DNA of 64,000 nt from Octopus bimaculoides (lineage: Eukaryota), in contig NC_069006.1 in the NCBI RefSeq assembly GCF_001194135.2, positions 22,728,267-22,792,266 on the forward strand, read 5' to 3'. Under the pieces are notes generated by a model. It was given only the letters and a program-made list of their open reading frames with translations, made no database searches and had not been told where the DNA came from. Below, one piece after another: positions 1 to 11,200 of this stretch. The position numbers and the translations under genes were made by a program. The number at the start of each line of letters is the position of its first letter. Within the stretch, counting starts at the first letter, position 1.

Positions 1-1102
1 ACGAAAAGCTTTGCTCAAAACATAAAACTACTTTCCTTTCCTTCCCCGAACGTCTGCTAATATTTTGAACGTACATCTTCGTGTTGTTTTTTTTTGGGGG
101 GGGGGGGGGATTAACTATCCACACACACACGCGTTTTGTATCATGTTTGATCCTTGTAGCCATGAAATAACAATCCTTACTACTATTAGCTGTGTAGTAA
201 GGGAACAGTTATGGGATACACTGTGTGGGTGTAATGTGTGTCAGTTGGGTTCAAGAAATAGAAACTGTGTTTATAGGGAGATGTATATATATATATAATG
301 TTTAACATGAACATTAATTCATCAATGAGTTCTCCCTCAGTTTCATCTCTCTCTCATCCTCTCCCTATCGCTTTTTCTCTTTTTTGTCTCGCCACTCCCT
401 CCTCTCTTCGTTTTGCACTCTCTCTCTCTCTCCACACACACAATGTTGCACTCTATAGCTAGTCTATTGAATTTTGTCATTAGTGTCATCAGGTACATTT
501 CATTTAACCTATCTTTGATTAATTATAAGAATATGAGGCAATTAGGAAAGCAGGTGGAAATGGTAGTGGTGGTGGAGATGGTTAATGGCTAACGTGGCAG
601 GAAGTAGATACCATCCTTAGGGACAATTACCTTCACTTTCATGTTTTTATCTCCTTATAAAATCTCCCAAGACAACAGCAGAACACTGTCCCTTCTCCAT
701 TCCCTGCCTAGGATCACATATCTCTGTTGGGAGATTTGTAATGTGGTCTACCCCCCCCCCCNNNNNNNNNNGTGGTGGTTGGCATCACGGATTGATGGAT
801 GAGGTGGGGGTGGGGGAATATTTGGATTTACTCAGTGTTTCTAAGTAAAACTGGCCTGAAACAAAAACCACAGACATGGCGTGTGTGTGGGTGTGTGTGC
901 ATGTGTGTATGCATGCATGTTGATGGACATGTGTGTACGTGTTGGTGGAGGAATACTCCCACACTGCTTGGGCTTACAGAAAATATCAGAAAACACCACC
1001 CAGCTTCTGACTTTACTTTTGAAGATGTCCCTCTACAACATTTCAGATAACCAATGGGTATGGCCTACAAACTGGAACAAAGGCGCGCGCACGCGCACAC
1101 AC

Positions 1103-1254
1103 ACGATGGGCTTCTTTCAGTTTCCGTCTACCAAACCCACTCACAAAACTTTCATTGGCCCGAGGCAATAGTAGAAAACACTTGCCCAAGGTGCCACGCA
1201 GTGGGACTGAACCCAGAACCATGTAGTTGGGAAGCATGCTTCTTATCACAGCCA
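1103..1254 (-). mobile_element. tRNA-derived SINE with CORE-like domain (octopus OR2-like family)
   Basis: On the minus strand: box-B-like GGTTCAGTCCC followed by CACCTTGGGCAAGTG. Further copies at about 3584-3722(+), 5063-5224(-), 10190-10320(-), 31921-32082(-), 33127-33275(+), 47100-47255(-), 48240-48390(+) and 56430-56560(-). Confidence 0.8.
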
Positions 1255-1305
1255 CTTCTGCATTATGAATATATATATGTATAATGCAAAAGAGCCATTT
1301 TATAT

Positions 1306-1336
<31 letters not shown>

Positions 1337-1596
1337 CACATATCCACATATCCATACATATATATTTAAAAGAGCTATAATATAGAACATGACCCAATTT
1401 ACTGTGTGTGTAGATGTATGTATGCTTAATTGAAAATGAAAGACACCTGTTCAAAACATCCTGTCCATCTGTTTGAAAATGACTTTTGTTATCTTTGGGA
1501 TAACTACTTCAGATTATTTGTAAAGTTAGTAGGACTCCTTGATCTATCTAGCAGCACTAATATCCAGTAGTCATTGTAGCCTGTGATATTGGTCTG

Positions 1597-1628
<32 letters not shown>

Positions 1629-1729
1629 ATACTCACACACACACTCTCTCTCTCTTTCTTGTACACATCCATTCACCTGGAAACCATGAAACTTTGATAT
1701 TGTTTATTGTGTGTTATTCATATACATTT

Positions 1730-1794
<65 letters not shown>

Positions 1795-2049
1795 CACACA
1801 CTTGTATTCATATGCAAGTATAAAGAGAAAGAGATATATAGAAGTTCCAAGGGAGTTACAAGTTGATGTACAAGCACTTAGCTCTAAGAGTGCTGCTTGT
1901 AGCGGAAACACCTTTAAGCTAATGAAGGTGTTTGTGTAATTCCTGTTTCCGTGTCGTTTAGTTGATTCAACATTATGCTCTGTACTCAACTAACACTTTA
2001 TTTTGAAGTATATGTAAGATGCATTCTAACAAATGGTTATTAAGTATCA

Positions 2050-2200
2050 CATCTATATATATAAAGAAGAGAATGTCTGTCTGAATTCATGAAACTTGAG
2101 AACTACACAACCAATTTCATTCATATTTTACACATGCTTTACTTAGGGTCCATGTAGTGTCATAGGCCAAAAATTTTTTTTAACTTCTTGCCTAGTGCGA
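2050..2200 (+). mobile_element. Possible Helitron-like non-autonomous element end
   Basis: Begins atctatatatataaagaagagaatgtctgtctg, resembling Helitron/HINE 5' ends. The 3' end was not confidently found. Confidence 0.3.
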
Positions 2201-3212
2201 GCCCAGATTAAGGGCCTGTAAAGGAATAGGGCCCATTGTTTCATAAGTGGTCTTACAGCACAATCACCAACTGTAGTATATCGATGTCCCTCTGGAGTAT
2301 TGCTAGTTTAGTTGTTGACCTTATTTACTTTGTTTGTGAAGAAGAGGTATTCAAGATGTTTACTCATTCATTGTAACCATGTGTACTAAACTACTTTGTG
2401 TAGATTTCACATGTGAGTGAGCAGCAACTGGAGGGTATCAAGGCATTCAATATCTAACAATTCTTATAATTATTTGTATAGTAATTCAACCCATTTCATA
2501 AATACAAAAAGTATATGTAGAACACACACACACATGCTTACTCACTTTCTCTCTCTCTCTCTTGTTTGCTCTCGTGCTATTGTTTACATATCAGGAGTAT
2601 ATCTAGGTATTAAGCAAGGATATACAATACTAAAAATTAAAACCTCATAATGAAAGTTGGATATGTGTAACATGCATATACCTTTGCAAGCTGTCTCTCA
2701 TAAAAATCCAATAAAATTAAAATCAAGTTTGTCATTTGCATCCATTTATGTATCTTAGATATGCATTCCATGCATTCATGCTGAATATGCAACAGTCCCA
2801 CACACACACAGAGAAAGGCAGTTTATTTCAGGTCTCATAAAAATCTCTTCAATATGTTGTGAGAGAGATTTAAGGACACGTTATATAAATATATTCTAAA
2901 ATTGTAACAAACATCAATCTTGAAAAACCAATATCAATAAAATACAAGAAAAGCTAATAGTGAAAAGGAAAAGGAAAAAATGTGTTATTGAAGGTGAGAA
3001 GTGGGATGTGATTGTAAGATAAATATTGAAAATCCCCCTACAAATAGTAGTTATTAGGATCAGTTTAAAGCCAATTATCGTTAAACTTTTGAAAAATTGG
3101 ATTATGTTTGTGTGAGGGGAGGGGGAATAACTGTAAGAAGATTTAACTAAGCTTTGAGAAGATGGAAAGTTGTTATATGTATATATAATAAATAACTTTG
3201 TGTGTGTGTGGA

Positions 3213-3535
3213 TAGAGCATTTGGTTCACAATCATGGGGTAGTGAGTTCGATTCCTGGACTGGGCTGTGTGTTGTCTTCTTGAGCAAGACACTTTATTTC
3301 ATGTTGCTCCCGTTTACTCAGCTGTAGAAATGAGTTGCGATGTCAGTGGTACCAAGCTGTATCGGCCCCTTTGCCTTTCCCTTGGATAACATTGGTGGGG
3401 TGGAGAGGGGAGGCTGGTATGCATGGGCAACTGCTGGTCTTCCATAAATATCTTTGCCTGGGCTTGTGCCTTGAAAGGGAACTTTCTACGTGTAATCCCA
3501 TGGTCATTCATGACTGAAGGGGGACTTCACCCCTT
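3213..3535 (+). mobile_element. tRNA-derived SINE, third family
   Basis: Box-B gagttcgattcc, then ttgagcaagacactttatttc...cagctgtagaaatgag and a long unique tail. Confidence 0.65.
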
Positions 3536-3953
3536 TATATATACTTTAAAATAATATATAAATAAAAGATATATAAGCAAGGCTGTTTGATTAAAGAAGC
3601 TCTCTCTGTAACCACATGGGTTTCGGTTCAGTCCTACTGCATGGCATCTTGGGCAAGTGTCTTCTAATATGGCTCGAAGCCAACCAGTGTTTTGTGAATG
3701 AATTTGGTCAATGGAAATAATAATGCGATGAGGGATCAAACTGATCTCGGCAAATTAACTTGGAAGCATCTCCATATTATCCTTGGCTACACAGATTACT
3801 CTAAAAGTACTCCAAGTCATTCAACTGGTCAGTATAATGGTCCATACAGAGTTATATATCGTTTTTGTTTTGCTTGTTTCAGTCATTAGACCGGTGGTCA
3901 TGTGGGGACACCGCATTGAAGAATTTTTAATCGACTTAATCAACTCCTAGACT

Positions 3954-4935
3954 TTAACCCTTTCGTTACCATATTTCTAACCAAATTACACCCCTTATGT
4001 GTTTCAATTAATTTCTAACATAATCATAAATTTAGGCTGGTTTCATTAAACAACTCTAACTTTTTTATTTATCAACATATTAATGTGATTTTTGGAAGAT
4101 AAATTAACGAAAGATTCTCAACCAATTCTATACCAAAATTTTTGTCACAAAGTGACTTTAATTATAGGTAAATTCAACAAAATATAAAATTATTTAAATT
4201 TTTGTTCAAACATCGCTATAGAAAATGGGTTATTAGCTAATATTCAATTGGGTATACAACAAAATATTATTATANNNNNNNNNNNNNNNNNNNNNNNNNN
4301 NNNNNNNNNNNNNNNNNNNNNNNNNNNNNNNNNNNNNNNNNNNNNNNNNNNNNNNNNNNNNNNNNNNNNNNNNNNNNNNNNNNNNNNNNNNNNNNNNNNN
4401 NNNNNNNNNNNNNNNNNNNNNNNNNNNNNNNNNNNNNNNNNNNNNNNNNNNNNNNNNNNNNNNNNNNNNNNNNNNNNNNNNNNNNNNNNNNNNNNNNNNN
4501 NNNNNNNNNNNNNNNNNNNNNNNNNNNNNNNNNNNNNNNNNNNNNNNNNNNNNNNNNNNNNNNNNNNNNNNNNNNNNNNNNNNNNNNNNNNNNNNNNNNN
4601 NNNNNNNNNNNNNNNNNNNNCGGTTACAGAGTTAGATTTATCAAAGTCTTCAACGGAAAATCCTTCGAATTCTGACTCGCTGCTTGACAGAATAAAATTC
4701 GTATCCATTTTTTTGTCAAGATTACAAATTTTGAAAACACAACAGGAACAAATTTGGAAAAAAATCTCCCAAAATTCACAAAATTAAAAAAACGTGTTGA
4801 TCGTCGTACAAAACTATTGCTGAACTGTTTACACAAATAATCACGTGTTTTCACGAATGTACTAACGAGATTTGCTCAGATATTCTCATTTAAATATGAA
4901 TAGGTGATTACGGGCGGTTTTGGGCGGTTTGGTAA
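3954..4935 (-). mobile_element. piggyBac-like DNA transposon derivative spanning an assembly gap
   Basis: TTAA-CCCTTTCGTTACCA terminus at 3954. The opposite end retains TTACCA plus tandem CpG-rich subterminal repeats (gggcggtttt x2, about 4912-4930). The minus-strand ORF starts MDTNFILSSSESEFEGFSVED, an acidic N-terminus typical of piggyBac transposases. Confidence 0.6.
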
Positions 4936-7190
4936 GCTTCGTACTTGCTCTGTCAATTGCTTTTGCTGATGTCATCAACAGATACAAATGCCACTGGATC
5001 CACCTCAACTGTCCATCATTTGTTACACACACACGCATGCGCGCGCGCATGCACATACGTACATGACGGGCTTCTTTTCTGTTTCTGTCTACCGAATCCA
5101 CTTGCAAAGCTTTGATCAGCCTGAGGTGATAGCAGAAGACACTTGCCCAAGGTGCTGTGCCATGCCATGGGACTGAACCTGGAACCATGTGGTTAAGAAG
5201 CAAGCAAGCTTATCGCACAGCCATGTCTGCACCTCTCCTAGTCTTTATTTCATAATTGCTTTTGCTGCATTTACAGTTTCCAATTTTTCAGTTATTTTGG
5301 TAATTGGTTTTATAAACTTGAGTAGTTTCTAAGTTTCAAAAATGCTTAACTTATTAAAATATCTTTAATGTATGTATATGTGTGGTTATGCACATTATAT
5401 AATCTTTGACAGTGTTTAGTTGTTAGTTAACTGGCCATACGCACTGACTGCGTGCTTGGAGTAAGGATTTAAAAGTTTCTCTTACACAGATTTGTGTTTA
5501 CAAAACCTGATCGTTAAAATCTCTGGGGGGGTGATGGAATTACCCTACTTGTCTGTGCGACTGTATATGTTGGGTGGGTGGTTAGTGGTAGATTTTTGTA
5601 TTGTGTCGATGTAGAATGTGGGTTGGTGGTAGTATATTTTGTGCATGCGGTTTGGTGTGTGTGTGTTCTATTGTGGGTGGTGGTTGTAGAAGTTTTGTGT
5701 GGGTGTAAATTGTAGGTGATGATAAAGATTTGGTGTGTTGTGAGTGTAGAATATAGAATTGGTGGTGGTATAGTTTTTGCGTTGTGTGTTTTTATGTTGT
5801 GTGGGTCCTTTATCTTTTACTTGTTTCAGTCATTAGACTGTGGCCATATATATATGGGATACATTATCTATATATAGAATGCATTTCTTGAAGATGGGTA
5901 TGAACTGAAGATTTTGCTGCTGTTTCTAGCAGATCAAGTGACCACTTGACTCTTCTCCTCACAATTCTTTATTTTGTACTTGTTGCTGGTATGCTGGAAC
6001 TTCAATATTTTTTTTTGCACAATTTTAAGTGCTTTATTCCCTAACTCCTAAAAGATGGCCTTGTTGGCTTCCATGCTGAAACCTCAGTAAGTCTCTTAAA
6101 AATGACTTCCTGTCTGTTTATTCAATACTTGTACTGAGTAAACATCTCATCTCTCTGCAATAAAGGTTTCTGTTTATATTGCTAGACTTCTCTTCCTCAT
6201 GACAAAATAATTTATTGCAGTCTGTAAACTTTTGTATTTACGTGGAATATATAAATGAATGAGGTGTTGACTCCACCATCGGCATGATCAACTACCAATG
6301 TGGAAAAGGCAGCTATTTCAAATAAGAACCAATAGAAAGAAGCTGTTTAGTCTTTTCTTTAGTGGATGGCATCTCTGTTGCCAGTGGCATGTTAGAATGT
6401 ACCTGATTAACACTGGGTACATTTTAAGACATGTAACACCACAGCAGGTCAGTTTTCCTGTTTTGATGTGTATGTGTGGAAGATGATCAGCCTAACCCAG
6501 GGATTCTCAATTATTTTTTTTTCTATGGGGCCCTTCGATTACTGTTTGATTCTGTTTGGACCCCTTAGCCTAGTTTTATTGATGCTTCTTTCAAAATTCC
6601 CATTTTGTTTTTCCCCCCATTTACTTGTGTGAGTTTGTAATAGAACTCAGAGAACATGTTTCCATCCCTAGAAACCCGTTAAGCTATGTAAAACATCAGA
6701 GAAAGGAACCTCATTGTTTCAAGCATTGTAAGACATGTAACACCACAGTGGGTCAGTTTCTTGTTTTACTGTGTGTGCGGAATATGATGTGCAACCAGGA
6801 TGATCAGCCTAACCCAGGAGTTCTCAACCGTTTTTTTTACCTATGGACCCTTTTGATTACTCTTTTGCTCTGGTGGACTCCATAACCATTTGATGTTTTA
6901 AAAACTAGTTTTATAGATACTTTTTCCAAAATTCCTATTTNNNNNNNNNNNNNNNNNNNNNNNNNNNNNNNNNNNNNNNNNNNNNNNNNNNNNNNNNNNN
7001 NNNNNNNNNNNNNNNNNNNNNNTGTATATTTTTATCTGTTTTTTTTCTTTTCCATTTCTGTTAAGAGAAAGAGGTATACAGCATCCATTAACTTTGAAAG
7101 GTCTCTCAGTCAAGGGAGTTTAATGTAGCCACTGCTTACTTTTAATGTCTGAGTGTGCACATGTACACCATGTGTATTTGTGTAGGTTGT

Positions 7191-7226
<36 letters not shown>

Positions 7227-7666
7227 AATAAAAGTGTTGTCCAAATATTTGCAACAGAGCAATCTCCACTGAAATCACCCACAGACGAGATAGTTGTTTT
7301 AAATATTCATTAGTGTAGTCGTGCAGTGCAGCATGAAATTTTGTCTGTGTTGATTGATGCTTTGTTTATTACTGCATAAAACATTGTCAATTAATGACTA
7401 TGGCTTGAAAAGAAAAAATAAAGCCCCACATAATGAAAATTCTCAGATCATGCAAACATCTTTTTTAGCTAATATTATTCATGAACAGCTTATAAAGAAA
7501 TGGAAAGAAAATATTGCTTTGAACACCTACTTTAGTTTAAAGTCACTTCTAACCATTGCACAGATGACAATGCCATCTGCAAGACAAGAAGCAACAAAAG
7601 TCTCTTATTTCTTTATTGCCCACAAGGGGCTAAACACAGAGGGGACAAACAAGGACAGACAAAGGG

Positions 7667-7832
7667 ATTAAGTCGATTACATCAACCCCAGTGCGTAACT
7701 GGTACTTAATTTATCGACCCCGAAAGGATGAAAGGCAAAGTCGACCTCAGCGGAATTTGAACTCAGAACGTAAAGACAGAAGAAATACCGCTAAGCATTT
7801 CGTCCGGCGTGCTAACGATTCTGCCAGTCTCT
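7667..7832 (-). mobile_element. tRNA-derived SINE, second family (central domain GTCGACTTTGCCTTTCATCCTTTCGGGGTCGATAAATTAAGTACCAG, MetaSINE/Sauria-like)
   Basis: Well-preserved copy with TGGCAGAATCGTTAG (box A) and GAGTTCAAATTC (box B). Other copies at about 14864-15022(-), 16861-17030(-), 27780-27890(+), 38041-38182(+), 39686-39897(+) and 39915-40100(+). Confidence 0.8.
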
Positions 7833-8016
7833 TATTAACTAGTAAAGGCACTTCCATTTTCCCCCCCATAATAAACAGGTATGTGTTAGTGACAGGACAG
7901 GACAGGTCCCTGAATGAAAGACTGTACCTCAATAATATTCATCTAACCCAGTGGATCTGAACTAGGGTCCATATAAGATTTTGTTAAAATTTATCTGCAA
8001 TAAATTGGTTATTCTT

Positions 8017-8210
8017 CTGTAATAATGGGGTGGAGCCCCATCCTGCTGAAACCAGACGGGATTTCCCCTTCCATCATCTTGTTGCCAAGCATGTCCAGAT
8101 ACCTGTCACAGAGCCCTCAAAATAAAATGGTCCAATTACTTGATTGTGCCAAATCCCACACCATTACATTGCCCCCTGCCTTGTTGATTATCTGCTTCCA
8201 TCCATTGAAG
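8017..8210 (-). mobile_element. Fossil Tc1/mariner-superfamily (DDE) transposase fragment
   Basis: Frameshifted minus-strand reading VMVW...IGPFYFEGSVTG...YLDML...WFQQDGAPPHYY, the second catalytic Asp region. Confidence 0.8.
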
Positions 8211-11200
8211 ATTGGTTTGTGAGTAATATCAGCAGTTGTGAAAAAGAGATTAAAAAAAAAAGGAGAGAGAATGTTAGCAATTTGACATATTGCAGGATGG
8301 TGCATGACTTTATGGCCCCCTCTGTAGTTTAACACTATCACGTGATCCTTGGGTACCTTGGAGTCCATTCTGTTAGAAGAGCATTCGTTGATTTTTCTCT
8401 GGGTCTGAGAATAACTCTCTCTTTTCTTCCTATCAGTTCTGAGGGTTATGGGAACTGCCCTTTCTTCTCTGAATAACCTTTAAAATTATGAGTAAAAAAA
8501 AAAGAACAGAAAAAAAAACAAAACAAACCCAGAAACAGCAAAACAATCCCCCCCCCCTACCTCCTGAACCCGGTCTTTTGTGATGGAATGTTGTTTTGTG
8601 AGTGTAAGCTCTGACTTTAGATTGAAGTTGTGACATTTGGTAAGCTGTACCANNNNNNNNNNCCACCACCATAACTTGTCTGTAACAAGTTGATTGAAAA
8701 AAAGTTTCCTGTGTGTCTGTTCATTTAACCTGCTGATGTAGCGGCAGTCTTCCTCTTGAATACTCCCTACCCTTCAGGAATTCAGAACCACTTGTTCTAC
8801 ATCTTAATATTATTTGTAAAAGCATGATAAATATGTATATAAAGTTGGGTTTTCTTTCTATCTAAGCTTAGAAAAAAAAGCAAAAAAAAAGGCCCTATTT
8901 AAACTTGTATATACATACATTTACGTTTTACTGTTTTGTGTTTTATGATGTAAAATGATTTGCAACAAATAGATCAGCGGGGTTGAGTAGCAGCAGTGGA
9001 AGAAGGAAGGTTCGTTCTCTCGCCCCCACCCATTCTCCACTATCGCCCCTCCCCCCTCTCCTATTATTTCTGCTCTGTTTGTGTTGACATGGTGAGGCGA
9101 GTATGAGGGACTGCTGTCAAAATTGAGAGATATAAATACTGAATATTACAAGGCTGCTTACGTTTTACCTGAATAAAAAAGAAAAATAGTATGACTTCTT
9201 AGTTAAACAAAAAAAATAAAATAAAAAAGGGTTAGGGACTAATTATTACTGGAAGGTTGCCAATGGTAAGAGAAACTTGCTTGAGAACATGCTTAATGAT
9301 TAGAAAGGAAAAAGCAAATAATAATAATAATGATAACTTTGGGCAAATTGCCCAACCTGGACTACTTTTATCATCATTCATTTTGTTTCATGCTGTTGTT
9401 CTGTTTCATGTTATTGTACTCCCTATCAACCTTTGGGAATTGATACCTGCCCCCTTTATCCTTTCTGCCTATTGTTTTCGTTGCTGTTGTGCAAAGCCAC
9501 TGGTCAGGTTTACTGGGACAGAAAAACTATAGCTAAAAGAGCCTACTTAATTAGCTGAAATAATTTGATTAGCATGTTCTGGTGTTACCTGTCATGTCAT
9601 AAGCTTATGAGGAAGTCTTTACATGGCTGCTCGACCTACTAAAAATAGCAGCCAAACTTCCCTTAAATTACAGTATTGGATAGTGTTGCCCAAGGTATAC
9701 TAGATGGCAAACATTCAGGATAGTTTTAACCGGAATACCTTTGATTATAAGGTCTGTATGTTAAATTGGTAGAATATCAGACAAAATGGCTTGCAGCATC
9801 TAATGTCTTCTCTTCATGTCCTTTTTTCAAATCATGCCAAGGTGGACTTTGCCTTTTGCCCTTCTAAGGGAGGTAAATGAAGCACCAGTCAAGTACTTTG
9901 ATGTAAATGACTTTTCCATCTTTCAAAATATGTGGCTTTGTGTTTTTATCCTTTGTTTCGGTCATTAGACTGTGGCCATACTGGGGCCATACTGGGGCCA
10001 TACTGGGGCACTGCCTTGAAGAATTTTTAGTTGAATGAATCAACCTCAGTACTTTTTTTTTTTTTTTTTAACCTTTTAAACTTGATACTTATTCTCTAAG
10101 TCTTTTGTTTAACTGCTAAGTTATGGGGACATAAACACTCCAACATTAGTTGTCAAGTGGATGGGGGTCTAACACATACACTCACGCACAATGGGCTTCT
10201 TTCAGTTTCCATCTACCAAATCCACTCACAAGGCTTTGGTTGGCCTGAGGCTATGGTAGAAGACGCTCGCCAAAGGTGCCACACAGTGGGACTGAACCCA
10301 GAACCATGTGGTTGGGTAAGTTAGTCTGGACTGCTGCTGACACCTGGTGGTGTTTTAATTTTTACTTTTGTGTAACCTTTCTTTAACCCATCTTTGATTG
10401 TTTTGTGTGTGTGTGTATGTATGTGTGTGATGGCAGCAATGTGTGTATGTTTGCACATGTAAGCAACAACTTGCTGCTGCACATTAGCAACAACCTGCTG
10501 TGCGTTAGCAATAAAATTGATGTGTATGTTAAGCAAGAACCGTTTGTGAACATAATCAATTACCTAGTCTTCAATTAACATACATTCCTCTGACAATTTT
10601 CTAATTAAATTGACCAAAGTTAATTTCCCAATGTTTCTTCTCTGTTGATCAACGGATGGTAATTATAAAATTATTTCTTTCTTTCAATTATTCTTAGATT
10701 CATTAATTGTAGTGACATCACCAAATGGGTATAAATGGGATTGGATTACTGTTTGGCGGCTGTTTCTCTTTGTACTTAGTTGGGGGCCATATATCTTCAT
10801 ATATATATTTAATTTTACCTTACTTCAGTTCACTGTGCTGTTAGGAATGAGTAACCAGAAGAATTTCTCTCTCTCGTCTGTCATCTGCTGACTGTAATAG
10901 AACTTACACCTGAATGCCGACCTTCAAATATGCCTTGCAGTTATGCAAGGTGTTAACATTGTATTCTGTGTGCTAGTCAACAGTTGTGGACTGCAGCATA
11001 GCCGTCTAAGGGGTTCATTTATCTCTCATTTGCCATTTGTTTATTGTAATACAATTTAGACCTGATTGCTGGCCTCCAGTTTATGTGAGGCATTTACATT
11101 TGTATTCTGAGGGTCAATCAACAACAGTGTGGATCGTTGAGTTCATCAGGTCAGCAACATTACCATGGGGTCATTGGATTGGTAATGTGTGTATGTGTAA

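Noticed and set aside
751-770. Poly-C runs directly abutting small gaps (also 37659-37680 and 44033-44102)
   Set aside because: Typical short-read assembly failure at G/C homopolymers, not biology.
9970-10010. Short tandem repeats that might resemble CRISPR-like or iteron arrays (ggccatactgg x3; also 15054-15140, 16030-16120 and 11275-11300)
   Set aside because: There are no unique spacers. These are slippage duplications inside SINEs or microsatellites in a eukaryotic genome.
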